Assembly: GCA_937991435.1 (NCBI GenBank)
Contig: CALKPY010000005.1
Location: forward strand, 45,854 to 109,853
Origin: an uncultured Acidimicrobiales bacterium
GTDB lineage: Bacteria; Actinomycetota; Acidimicrobiia; Acidimicrobiales; UBA10347
Direction: 5' to 3'
Length of the DNA: 64,000 nt
Positions 39,735 to 49,288 of this stretch are shown here, piece after piece. The notes under the pieces were generated by a model, which made no database searches, was not told where the DNA came from, and worked only from the letters and a program-made list of their open reading frames with translations. Every line of letters begins with the position of its first letter. The first letter of the stretch is position 1. A program made the translations under genes and the position numbers.

Positions 39735-40805
39735 ATGACCACAGCAATTCCCGGATCGATCAACGAGATCACTCCAACATTTCTGAACAAAGCACTCGCA
39801 CAGGTATATCCCGGCACCGACGTCGAAACTGTTCGTTGTTCCTCTATCGGTACGGGTCAGATGGCCAACAGCGTGCGGGCCGAATTTGCGCAGGCGTCAT
39901 CTCACAGAGGTGTACCCGAGAGCGTCGTTGTCAAATTTGCGTCTGCAGATGCGACGAGTCGACACGCGGGGGCGTCGGGCGCCTACCTCAAAGAGGTGCG
40001 CTTTTATGAGGAGATTGCCGACTACGTAGACATTGATGTCCCTCGTTGTTTCTACGCCGCGATCGATACGAACCAAATTGATTTTGTGCTCGTGCTCGAA
40101 GACATGAGCCCAGCGCAACAGGGCGACCAGATTGCCGGATGTTCAATCGAGCAAGCTGCAAACGCATTACGCAATGTGGGCGGCCTTCACGCCCCGCGGT
40201 GGGGCGACCCCACACTGTTCGATGTGGCCTGGCTCGGCTCCGCTCCCGATGTCGCTGCTGCAAGCCAAGCACTACTGCAAGCAGTCATGATTGATTTCAC
40301 AGAGGGATTCATCGACCGCTATCGCGACCGCACCACAGCGAGCGAGCAGGAACTCCTTCGCTGGTTTGCGCAGCGAACTGCTGGCTGGCTTGCCGACCAT
40401 CACGGCGTCTTTGCACTCACACACTCGGACTACAGACTTGACAATCTGCTCTTCGGAGCCGACGAACGAATTACGACGGTTGACTGGCAGACGCTGTCGG
40501 TGCGTAACCCAATGGCCGATGTTGCGTATCTGATAGGCACCAGCCTTTCCACCGACGACCGACGCAATCATGAGCGAGACTTGGTCGCCGGGTACCACGC
40601 TGGGTTGGAGCAACGGGGCGTGACCGGCTTCGACGCCGAAACGTGTTTTGAGCACTACCGCTCGCAAACGTTTCACAGCCTTCTCATCACGGTTCTTGGG
40701 TCGATGATGACCGGCCAGACCAGCCGCGGAGACGACATGTTCATGGCGATGCTTCATCGCTCGGTCACGCAGATCGAAGATCTTGAAAGTCAGAGCCTGC
40801 TGTGA
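39735..40805 (+). CDS. phosphotransferase (APH / EcKinase-like) family protein
   Basis: Brenner motif HSDYRLDNLLF and DWQ downstream. 356 aa from ATG 39735, which is preceded by GAGGGG. The track start 39639 is less likely. Confidence 0.75.
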   Translation: MTTAIPGSINEITPTFLNKALAQVYPGTDVETVRCSSIGTGQMANSVRAEFAQASSHRGVPESVVVKFASADATSRHAGASGAYLKEVRFYEEIADYVDIDVPRCFYAAIDTNQIDFVLVLEDMSPAQQGDQIAGCSIEQAANALRNVGGLHAPRWGDPTLFDVAWLGSAPDVAAASQALLQAVMIDFTEGFIDRYRDRTTASEQELLRWFAQRTAGWLADHHGVFALTHSDYRLDNLLFGADERITTVDWQTLSVRNPMADVAYLIGTSLSTDDRRNHERDLVAGYHAGLEQRGVTGFDAETCFEHYRSQTFHSLLITVLGSMMTGQTSRGDDMFMAMLHRSVTQIEDLESQSLL

Positions 40806-41422
40806 GCCGACCAGCCGACGCCGTTACCGTTTGCGCCATCGCTGGGGGCTCCGGTGCTGGCAAGACCACGCTCGCCATCAAGCTTCTGGAGCGTCTCGGG
40901 GCGCGAGCCCAGCATTTCACCATCGACTGGTATTACCGAGACCTTTCTCATCTGACGCCGCCGGAACGCGACGCGGTCAATTTCGATCATCCCGATTCGC
41001 TCGAAGTCGACCTGTTTTCCAACCATCTCGAGAGGTTGCGAACCGGCCAGGCTGTCGAAGCTCCGGTGTACGACTTCCCCAGTCACACTCGCACCCAACA
41101 GGTAAACCTCATAGAGCCTGCGCCAATCATCGTCACCGAGGGCATTCATCTACTCGCTCTCGAGTCGGTGAGAGCGCATTGCGATTTGATGGTCTTTGTC
41201 GACGTCGACCCAGATATTCGACTGCAGCGCCGTATCGATCGTGACGCTCGCGAACGAGGCCGCACGGAACAGAGCGTGCGAGCACAATGGGCAGCGACCG
41301 TTGCACCGATGCACGAGCTGTTCGTGCAACCAAGCGTCAGGTTTGCTGACCTGGTCGTCGACGGAACGAGTGACCTTGATCTTGCCGCAACCTCACTAGC
41401 GGAGCGCCTGTGTCAGCTATGA
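40802..41422 (+). CDS. udk: uridine kinase
   Basis: P-loop IAGGSGAGKTTLA, FDHPDSLE and VTEGIHLL. 206 aa. The GTG start overlaps the upstream TGA (GTGA, 40802-40805). Confidence 0.85.
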   Translation: MSRPADAVTVCAIAGGSGAGKTTLAIKLLERLGARAQHFTIDWYYRDLSHLTPPERDAVNFDHPDSLEVDLFSNHLERLRTGQAVEAPVYDFPSHTRTQQVNLIEPAPIIVTEGIHLLALESVRAHCDLMVFVDVDPDIRLQRRIDRDARERGRTEQSVRAQWAATVAPMHELFVQPSVRFADLVVDGTSDLDLAATSLAERLCQL

Positions 41423-41444
41423 GCAAAAGTTCGACCCCGTTCGG

Positions 41445-42656
41445 TCAGGCAACGATTCCCCGGTCGTGAAGGGTGCCGATCTCGCCGGCTGACAGGCCGA
41501 GCACATCGGCGAGAATCTCGTCGGTGTGTTGCCCAAGAAGCGGGGCGGTCGGAACCGTTGATCGAGCTCTCGCACTGAAATCGAGCGGGGACCCCGCGCT
41601 CAGCACACGACCGACTCCAGTCTGGTCGACCTTGTCGAACATTGGGTTCGCCGTCGAACACCGTTCGTCGTCGGCGACAAGCCCAAGGAAGTCGCGGTAC
41701 CTACCCCAACAGCAGCCGTGATCGTCGAGGGCCTGTGCCACCTGTGACAGCGGGCGAGACAATGTAAATGCTTCGACCATCGCGAATAGCTCGGCGCGAT
41801 GTTCGAAGCGTTGACCCTCGTTTACAAAATCAACGTCGAGGCGTGTTTCGAGTTCCACTATCTGGTCGCCAATGCCTGTGGCCGCGACCATGCCCTTCCA
41901 CTGCTTGGCACTGATAGCCACGATGATGATCCGTTCGCCGTCACTCGTCGCGAAGTCTCGACCAAACGCGCCATACAGATCATTGCCGAGACGTTGTCGT
42001 TGTTGCCCCAGCACTTGCGCCTCGGCGATATGGCCGAGGTTTGCGACAGTCGACAATGCTGTGTCGGCGAGCGCCAGCGACACGAGCTGCCCCTCGCCTG
42101 TCGCACGGCGGTGCCGTTCTGCCGCTAGCAAACCGAGCGCCGCCTGCTGCCCGCAGATGACGTCCCATGCCGGAAGCACATGGTTCACTGGATCGGTGGT
42201 GGAAGCGGGGCCTGTGACCGCTGGGTATCCAACCGCGGCATTGACCGTGTAGTCAACTGCGGTGGACCCGTCTGGGTTGCCACGAATCGCCACCATCAAC
42301 AGGTCGGCGCGTGCCTTGCGCAGCTCGTCATACGCCAACCACCCACGTGCCGGGAAGTTCGTCAAAAACATGCCCCCGTCGTCGCCCGGAGCGCCGATAA
42401 GTGAAGTCAACAGTTCACGGCCTTGCTCGCTTCGGAGATCAACTTGGATCGACCGCTTGCCCTTGTTGAGCGCCGTCCAGTACAGCGATGAACCATCTGG
42501 AGCGATCGGCCAGCGCGTGTAGTCAATGCCGCCACCAATTGGGTCGAAGCGGATTACGTCGGCGCCGAGCAATGCCAGGTGCATACCGCCCGATGGCGCC
42601 GCCACAAAGGCAGACCCTTCGACAATACGCATGCCGCTCAGAATGTCGGTACTCAT
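41445..42656 (-). CDS. family III CoA-transferase (CaiB/BaiF family)
   Basis: MSTDILSGMRIVEGSAFVAAPSGGMHLALLGADVIRFDPIGGG is the typical N-terminal Rossmann region. 403 aa from ATG 42656. The track start 42797 overlaps the upstream gene. Confidence 0.85.
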   Translation of the reverse strand: MSTDILSGMRIVEGSAFVAAPSGGMHLALLGADVIRFDPIGGGIDYTRWPIAPDGSSLYWTALNKGKRSIQVDLRSEQGRELLTSLIGAPGDDGGMFLTNFPARGWLAYDELRKARADLLMVAIRGNPDGSTAVDYTVNAAVGYPAVTGPASTTDPVNHVLPAWDVICGQQAALGLLAAERHRRATGEGQLVSLALADTALSTVANLGHIAEAQVLGQQRQRLGNDLYGAFGRDFATSDGERIIIVAISAKQWKGMVAATGIGDQIVELETRLDVDFVNEGQRFEHRAELFAMVEAFTLSRPLSQVAQALDDHGCCWGRYRDFLGLVADDERCSTANPMFDKVDQTGVGRVLSAGSPLDFSARARSTVPTAPLLGQHTDEILADVLGLSAGEIGTLHDRGIVA

Positions 42657-43021
42657 GGGCGGGGCTCGACAGCATGTTCCTGCATCTCTGACAAACTCGC
42701 CCATTCCAAGGTCGCTATGTGGGTTGCCTCGAGCACCACGGCCGGGGCTTGGCCGGCGTCGTAGGCTTCTTTCCATCGCGGCGCGCACAAGCACCACTGA
42801 TCGCCAGGCGCCAGTCCGGGAAAGCCATGTTCCGGGTGCGGCGTTGATAAATCGTTTCCGGCAGCTCGCGAAAAGTCAAGAAACTCGGCCGTGACGCGGC
42901 AACAGACGGTATGCACGCCGAAGTCACCAGTTCCCGTGTCACAGCAACCGTTTCGGAACCACCCGGTGCGAGGGTTCTCGCTACAGGTCTGAAGGTCAGT
43001 GCCGAGTACGTTCTTTGCCAT
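42653..43021 (-). CDS. DUF2237 family protein
   Basis: MAKNVLGTDLQTCSENPRTGWFRNGCCDTG...HTVCCRVTAEFL...GDQWCLCAPRW matches the conserved Cys-rich DUF2237 pattern. 122 aa. The stop overlaps the CoA-transferase ATG as ATGA. Confidence 0.75.
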   Translation of the reverse strand: MAKNVLGTDLQTCSENPRTGWFRNGCCDTGTGDFGVHTVCCRVTAEFLDFSRAAGNDLSTPHPEHGFPGLAPGDQWCLCAPRWKEAYDAGQAPAVVLEATHIATLEWASLSEMQEHAVEPRP

Positions 43022-43135
43022 TTCCCCATCGAAGCACAGTCGGCGCGACTTTAGGTGATCCTGCGCCGACCATATGGGTGAGATCGCTGCAAGACTGCCA
43101 CGACGACCACAAAGTGTGGTTAGCTGAACGCGTCG

Positions 43136-45523
43136 ATGACTGATGTGAGACACACACCCGATGGCAATGCTTCCGAGACGTCGCCTATCGGCCCGCGGCT
43201 CGGCAAGGTCCTCGACCACCTCTCGCGTCTTCATCGCACCAGCGAAGCCGTTCTCTTCGATCGCGCAACGCTCGAAATGAACCCGGCGATGGATCAGTTC
43301 CAGCTGTTGCCCTGGTCAATCCACCGTGTTGCTCCGGGAAGCACCCTCAACGACTTCGTTGCGGCCTGTGACCGCCCGAAACTGCACGAACAGCTCAAGC
43401 AGGCAGCGGTGATGACGACCGGCTACCTCGAAACAACAGCGCCCGATGGGCAAGTGCGATCGATTCGCCTTTTCCTGACACGACCGTTCACAGACACCTA
43501 CGGCCTCGCACTCGTCGACGTCGCCCCGTTTGCTGACGTATCTCTCGACGAGCCGGTTAACCACCAACTTCGGGTCGACCGAACCGGCGTTGTGTTGCGA
43601 ATCAAAACGGTGCCGTTGGCCAAGGCACCATATAAGCAGCTTCCAGCTGCTCCTTTTGCATGGTGTTCGCACCTGTTCGAAGATGCGTCGGCACGGTCAG
43701 CGCAAACCGCAGTATCAAAGGTGGCCGACGGAACCGAGACCTACCTCGTAGCGAGCGCACGCTCCAGATCAACACGTAGAACCTGGCGCATGACGGTTCT
43801 CGCCGCCAATGACGAAGTAATCGTCGATCTGACCGATACAACCGCAGATGCTCGGCGTATTGCGGCTCTCGAGCGAAGCCGTAGCCAGTTAGACCTGCTA
43901 TCCGAAGCGCTTCCCGTGGGGGCCTTTGTCGTGAATCGGTCTGGCGAATTCGAGTTCCAAAGCCAAGTCCTCAAAGACATGCTGGGAGGAGCAACCGAGT
44001 CGCTGTTGCAATGGACCTCGTTGATTCATCCTGACGACCAAGACGCGGTCGAGATGGGAATCAACAAGCTGACGTTCGAAGATCGCCTTAGCGTCGAAGC
44101 GCGCATGCGTCTCGGTGATGAGAAGTACGCCCCAGTTCGTTTCGTCGGTCAAGTCGTGCGCAGCGAAGGCGGCGTCGTCGATGTCGTGGTCGGGTTCATC
44201 GAAGATCTCACCGAATCGAGCGCCTTGAGGCGCGAGGTCGAACGGGCGGCAACAGTCGACGACTTAACCTCGCTACCCAATCGTTTTGTGCTTGATGAGA
44301 ACCTGCGAACTCGGCTTGATCAGCCGGCTCTTCATCAGACCGCGGTGCTGTTCGTCGACCTCGATGGATTCAAGCTCATCAATGACACGCAAGGTCACGG
44401 CGTCGGCGATCAGGTACTGCTCGAAGTTGCGCAGCGATTCAGACGGGCCATTCGACCTCGAGATCTTGTCGCTCGATTCGGCGGCGACGAGTTTGTCGTG
44501 GTCGCGAGCCGAATCGACGATGTGTCGGAGGCATTGGCGATCGCTCGACGACTACATGACGTGCTGGCGACACCGGTCGTCGTCGACGGACGGGCCCTAT
44601 CAGTCGGGGCATCAGTCGGAATTGCGTTGGCAGATCGAGACAGCAACCCTGACCAGCTGATAGGCGACGCCGACATTGCCATGTACGAAGCCAAAGCGGC
44701 CGGCCCCGATGCGAGCGTGATCTTTGACACTGCCCTTCGCGCTCGGGCATCACAGCGCTTCGATATGACCTCTGATCTGCGACACGCCGGTAGACGACGG
44801 GAGTTCGTTCTCGACTACCAGCCCATTGTTCGGCTTGAGGATCGGACCGTCGTGGGCGCCGAAGCCTTGATCAGATGGCAACACCCGACGCTTGGCCGGC
44901 TGCTGCCGCCACAATTCGTCGGACTCGCCGAGGAAATTGGTCTCATTGGCGATCTGGGCAACTGGGTGCTCGAACAGACCTGCGCCGATCTCTCCCAGAT
45001 GCAGAGTCGTGGCCTGGTCGACGATGGCTTCATTGTGAGCATCAACGCCTCAGCGAGCCAGTTCACCAATGTCGACCTGCTTGAAGCCGCTGCGGTCGAC
45101 GCTACTCAACGATTCGGCGTGAGACCCCAGCAGGTTCGGTTCGAGCTGACCGAATCCGTTCCGTTGACGGAAATCCCTCAGGCGGCCCGCAACATCGAGC
45201 GCCTGAGCGCTGCCGGCTTTTCTCTTGCGATCGACGATTTCGGCACCGGATACTCAAGCCTCGCGCATCTCACGATGCTCAAGTTCGATGTCCTCAAGTT
45301 GGATCTGAGCCTGACTGCGCAGCTCAAAGACGAGAACGCCTCGGTCGCAGTCGTAGCAAGCCTTACCGCATTGGCCGCCTCAATGGGCTTTGACATCGTG
45401 GCCGAAGGCATCGAGTCCGAAGATCAACTTAGGCTTCTTGCCGAAGCTGGTGTCAAGTTCGGCCAGGGCTATCTGTTGGCGCATCCGCTACCGATCGACG
45501 CTCTGGCAGAATTACTCGCATAA
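43136..45523 (+). CDS. PAS-GGDEF-EAL signalling protein (diguanylate cyclase/phosphodiesterase)
   Basis: RFGGDEFVV (GGDEF), EALIRWQHP (EAL), DDFGTGYSSL and EGIE. 795 aa. The N-terminal sensory region of about 350 aa includes a PAS-like segment. Confidence 0.9.
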   Translation: MTDVRHTPDGNASETSPIGPRLGKVLDHLSRLHRTSEAVLFDRATLEMNPAMDQFQLLPWSIHRVAPGSTLNDFVAACDRPKLHEQLKQAAVMTTGYLETTAPDGQVRSIRLFLTRPFTDTYGLALVDVAPFADVSLDEPVNHQLRVDRTGVVLRIKTVPLAKAPYKQLPAAPFAWCSHLFEDASARSAQTAVSKVADGTETYLVASARSRSTRRTWRMTVLAANDEVIVDLTDTTADARRIAALERSRSQLDLLSEALPVGAFVVNRSGEFEFQSQVLKDMLGGATESLLQWTSLIHPDDQDAVEMGINKLTFEDRLSVEARMRLGDEKYAPVRFVGQVVRSEGGVVDVVVGFIEDLTESSALRREVERAATVDDLTSLPNRFVLDENLRTRLDQPALHQTAVLFVDLDGFKLINDTQGHGVGDQVLLEVAQRFRRAIRPRDLVARFGGDEFVVVASRIDDVSEALAIARRLHDVLATPVVVDGRALSVGASVGIALADRDSNPDQLIGDADIAMYEAKAAGPDASVIFDTALRARASQRFDMTSDLRHAGRRREFVLDYQPIVRLEDRTVVGAEALIRWQHPTLGRLLPPQFVGLAEEIGLIGDLGNWVLEQTCADLSQMQSRGLVDDGFIVSINASASQFTNVDLLEAAAVDATQRFGVRPQQVRFELTESVPLTEIPQAARNIERLSAAGFSLAIDDFGTGYSSLAHLTMLKFDVLKLDLSLTAQLKDENASVAVVASLTALAASMGFDIVAEGIESEDQLRLLAEAGVKFGQGYLLAHPLPIDALAELLA

Positions 45524-45561
45524 CGCACCAATCGCGCTCACCGCCACACGAGCCTGACGCG

Positions 45562-48048
45562 TCAACCGACAGACGGGTCAGCAGGCCACGAATGTTTCGG
45601 ATAACGCCCCGCCATGTCCTTGCGTACCTCGCTCCAGCTTCCCTTCCAGAAACCAATCAAGTCAGCGGTTCGTTGGATCGGACGCTGGGCGGGAGACAGC
45701 AACTCGATTGTGAGGGGTAGCGCCCCATCAAGTATCGACGGATGAACCGCCACACCGTAGAAGTCTTGAGCACGGGAGGCGATCAGCGGGTGTTCGCCTG
45801 AATAGTCAATGACCAATTTGCGCCCAGACGGAAGCTCCTGACGCAACGGAACAAGGCGGTCGAGGTCGCGCCGGCGTTGGTGTCCAATCACCGAGTCGAG
45901 GGCAACAGCAACGGACACGATCTCGATGTCGGCCCGAGAGATCGCGCCAGGAATGAACGGACGCAACCATGTGTCGAGACTGCGTATCAACGCCTTGTCG
46001 CTGAGGTCGGGCCAATCGTTGTCGATGAGATGCCGGCGCAAGAACTCAACACGCTGCTGCAAACCACGAGCGGTGTCAGTCCATGTCAGAGCCTTCAGCC
46101 GCGACGCCCGCACATGCTCCAGAAGCAGCTCTGTGACCTCGTCAGACGCTTCGGGCCTGCGGCGACTCGAACCAAGGTCCAACGCACCCAAATGCCGTTC
46201 TACGACGATGTACGGGTCCTTGCGCTCGCGGTCCCACTTCAGACGTTCTGTCACCTCAGCATCGAAGCCAGCGGTTTCGAGCAAGTCGTTGCCATCGACC
46301 GAAGCCGCCAGCCTGACCCGCGAGTCTTTCTTTGGGCCCGCTACATCGAGCGCCACCAGGAAATCTTCGCCCGCAAGTTCATCTCGTTCAGCGACCCGCA
46401 CGCCCGAACCGTTCCGCACCCGGAATCGACCCCGTCCGGCGCCCCGGCGTTGCGCGATCCGATCTGGGAATCCGGCGGCAACCACAAGCCCGAGACGATC
46501 GATGTCGACCGCTCGGTCTTTGCAGCCGACTCGACGAGCGAGATCTTCTGCACGCCGTCGGACATGACCGAGAGACCGCCCCGAGGCTGCCTCGTGTCTC
46601 GCTGTGGGGTCATCGATCAGCCTGACGCGCAGGGCAAGGTCGGTTGGCACCTCACCTGGCCGGCCGCGCAGAACATCGCGCTCATCGATAGCTGCGGCAG
46701 CGATGCAGCCCATCCAGCCGACGCCCCGATCGATCGCGGTCAGCACGATTGACCCAAGTCGCGGATGCAGCGGCATCTGGCTGAGTTTGCGACCGCGATC
46801 GGTGAGCATGGCGTCGTCGTCGATTGCGCCAAGCATGGCCAATACGTCTCCAGCTTCGTCCCATGCGCGCTGCGGCGGGTGGTCGAGCAGTCGAAGACCC
46901 GTCGTGTCACGGACTCCCCACATGGCCAGCTCCAGTCGCAATGGCGCCAAGTCAACTTGCGTTAGCTCAGCTGGTGAAAAGGCCGACCGGGTTCCATGTT
47001 CGATCTTTGACCAGAGCCGCACGGCCGCTCCAGGGCCAAGACGCCCCGCACGGCCGGCGCGCTGATCGGCCGAGGCGCGCGAGATCGACACGGTGGAGAG
47101 CCGAGTCATGCCGGTGGCTACATCGAAGCGGGGCGCTCGGGCGACGCCAGAGTCGATCACACAGCTCACCCCGTCGACCGTCAACGAACTCTCGGCAATG
47201 TCAGTGCTGAGCACAACCTTGCGCCGCCCCGGCCGAGACGGGGCGATCGCCAGATCCTGCTCGTCGAGCGGCAGGCTTCCGTGTAACGCCAGCACGTCGA
47301 CGCCGGAGTCAAGATCAGACAAAGCGGACCGCACCCGCTGGATCTCTGCCATACCCGGCAAAAAGACCAGCAGGTCGCCAGACACAACGTTTGTAAGCGC
47401 CCAGCGGACCGCCTCGACAACTGCAGGTTCGAGGTAGTCGCGCCGGTCACGGGCTCGCCAATGCATATCGATGTCAAAGGTGCGTCCGGCGCACGCAACA
47501 ACCGGCGGTGGGTCGGCGGGGTCGAGCAAGGCGGCTACCCGCTCAGCATCGATCGTCGCGGACATCACCAACACGCCGAAGTCGAGGCTAAATCCCTGAC
47601 GGGCGTCGAGCAGCAAGGCCAACCCGAGGTCACCTTGTTGGTTCCGCTCGTGAAACTCATCAAAGATGACAAGTCCGGTGCCGGCAAGGGTTGGATCGTT
47701 TTGCAAGCGCCTGGTGAGTACACCTTCGGTGACCACCTCGATACGAGTTGCCTTGCTGACCCGGCGGTCGTCTCTTGTCGTCACACCGACGGTTTCCCCG
47801 ACGGCCTCGCCCAGCAGTTGAGCCATGCGAGCGGCTGACGCACGCGCTGCGAGCCGACGCGGCTCGAGCATGACGATGCGCCGAGAATCAAGCCAGGGTT
47901 CGTCGAGTAACCGCAGCGGAACCACAGTTGTCTTGCCAGCGCCAGGTTCGGCCGTCAGTACGCACATCGAACGGTCGGCTAACGCGTTTTTGATATCTGC
48001 GATAACTGACTCGATTGGCAGGCCTGTCGGCGCAGCGGAGCGGGTCAA
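45562..48048 (-). CDS. hrpB: ATP-dependent RNA helicase HrpB (DEAH family)
   Basis: TAEPGAGKTT, DEFHERN, MSATID, TDIAESSLT and QRAGRAGR. 828 aa with an HrpB-type C-terminal domain. Confidence 0.9.
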   Translation of the reverse strand: MTRSAAPTGLPIESVIADIKNALADRSMCVLTAEPGAGKTTVVPLRLLDEPWLDSRRIVMLEPRRLAARASAARMAQLLGEAVGETVGVTTRDDRRVSKATRIEVVTEGVLTRRLQNDPTLAGTGLVIFDEFHERNQQGDLGLALLLDARQGFSLDFGVLVMSATIDAERVAALLDPADPPPVVACAGRTFDIDMHWRARDRRDYLEPAVVEAVRWALTNVVSGDLLVFLPGMAEIQRVRSALSDLDSGVDVLALHGSLPLDEQDLAIAPSRPGRRKVVLSTDIAESSLTVDGVSCVIDSGVARAPRFDVATGMTRLSTVSISRASADQRAGRAGRLGPGAAVRLWSKIEHGTRSAFSPAELTQVDLAPLRLELAMWGVRDTTGLRLLDHPPQRAWDEAGDVLAMLGAIDDDAMLTDRGRKLSQMPLHPRLGSIVLTAIDRGVGWMGCIAAAAIDERDVLRGRPGEVPTDLALRVRLIDDPTARHEAASGRSLGHVRRRAEDLARRVGCKDRAVDIDRLGLVVAAGFPDRIAQRRGAGRGRFRVRNGSGVRVAERDELAGEDFLVALDVAGPKKDSRVRLAASVDGNDLLETAGFDAEVTERLKWDRERKDPYIVVERHLGALDLGSSRRRPEASDEVTELLLEHVRASRLKALTWTDTARGLQQRVEFLRRHLIDNDWPDLSDKALIRSLDTWLRPFIPGAISRADIEIVSVAVALDSVIGHQRRRDLDRLVPLRQELPSGRKLVIDYSGEHPLIASRAQDFYGVAVHPSILDGALPLTIELLSPAQRPIQRTADLIGFWKGSWSEVRKDMAGRYPKHSWPADPSVG

Positions 48049-49256
48049 GCGTTGTCCGCTTCCACCGCTTCTTTGATGCGAGCAAACGCATCGGGCACCG
48101 CACTCTGGACCCGGGCCCAGCTCGAGATAAACGGTGTTTCCATCGGGTTCGACAAGAAATCTTCGCCCGCGTCAACGACCGCTTGGGCGAAAACTTCGAC
48201 AATTGTTTCTTCGCTGTGAGCGTCGAACGTGAGTCCGTTGATCGCGGCGACGTTGCCGTACCGCTCAACCATGTCAAGCGCAGTTCGATAGTACGACGCC
48301 TTAATGGTTCGGAACAGCTCCGGTGAGAGAACCGCTCCACCGATCGCCAGTTTGCGATACATGGCCTTGGTGATGTCCAGGCTCATCTTGTGCAGACCCG
48401 TTGACGGATCATCAAAGGACACCCGCTGATGCTTGTGGTCATAGGCGCCAGTCAAGTCCACCTGGCAAATGCGCTGGGTGGTGTAGCGGCGGTGGACTTC
48501 GCTCAACACGCCGATCTCAAGTCCCCAGTCGCTGGGGATGCGCAAGTTACGAACAACATTGGCATTCATCGCGAACTCGCCCGCCAACGGATATCGGAAG
48601 CTGTCGAGATAATCGAGGTAGTCATTAGGGCCAACACAGTCGCGAAGGGCCCGAATCAGCGGCGTTACGAGCAAGCGCGCCACACGCCCGTTGAGCTGCT
48701 CGCCGTCGGTTCTGAAGTAATAGCCCTTGGCGAACGAATAGCCAAATGTCGGATGCACCACAGGATAGAAAAGTTTGGCGACCATCGACCGGTCATAGGT
48801 GACGATGTCGGCATCATGCAGCCCAACGACTTCGCCGAGACCCGAGGCGAGGAAGTACCCCATGCAGTACCAGACGTTGCGGCCCTTACCTGCCTCCTTG
48901 GGAGCGATCGAATGCTCGCCAAAGGTGTCGTCGAGCGCACGAAGCCGCGGACCGTCGTTCCACAAGATTCGCGTGTGTTGCGGAAGCCGGCGAAAGTACT
49001 CGCGAGCGTGTGCGAACTCGTCCGCGTCGGCTCCATCGAGGCCGATGATGATCTGACTGAGAAACTTGACCTGCGACAGTTCATCAACAATGCCTTCGAG
49101 CGCAGCTCCAGACAGTTCGCTGTAGAGCGACGGAATGATGAGCGACATAGGCCGGTCATCGCTCCAACTCTCAAGCTCGGCCGCGAGGTCCTCATCAGAC
49201 CGCAGTCCGAGGTCGTGCAGAGTCGTGATCGGGCCGTTCTGGAAATAGTCGCCCAC
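48045..49256 (-). CDS. GT-A fold glycosyltransferase, glucosyl-/mannosyl-3-phosphoglycerate synthase-like
   Basis: 403 aa. GKGRNVWYCMGY, HDADIV (DxD-like) and PLAGEFAM resemble GpgS/MpgS-type motifs. The product assignment is from memory of the family, not from a search. Confidence 0.55.
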   Translation of the reverse strand: MGDYFQNGPITTLHDLGLRSDEDLAAELESWSDDRPMSLIIPSLYSELSGAALEGIVDELSQVKFLSQIIIGLDGADADEFAHAREYFRRLPQHTRILWNDGPRLRALDDTFGEHSIAPKEAGKGRNVWYCMGYFLASGLGEVVGLHDADIVTYDRSMVAKLFYPVVHPTFGYSFAKGYYFRTDGEQLNGRVARLLVTPLIRALRDCVGPNDYLDYLDSFRYPLAGEFAMNANVVRNLRIPSDWGLEIGVLSEVHRRYTTQRICQVDLTGAYDHKHQRVSFDDPSTGLHKMSLDITKAMYRKLAIGGAVLSPELFRTIKASYYRTALDMVERYGNVAAINGLTFDAHSEETIVEVFAQAVVDAGEDFLSNPMETPFISSWARVQSAVPDAFARIKEAVEADNA

Positions 49257-49288
49257 AACGGCCCGTCAGCTTTTGATTCCGTTCCGGA

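Noticed and set aside
45877-46752. 291-aa and 213-aa plus-strand ORFs opposite hrpB.
   Set aside because: HrpB helicase motifs occupy the other strand. These ORFs have no recognisable domain.
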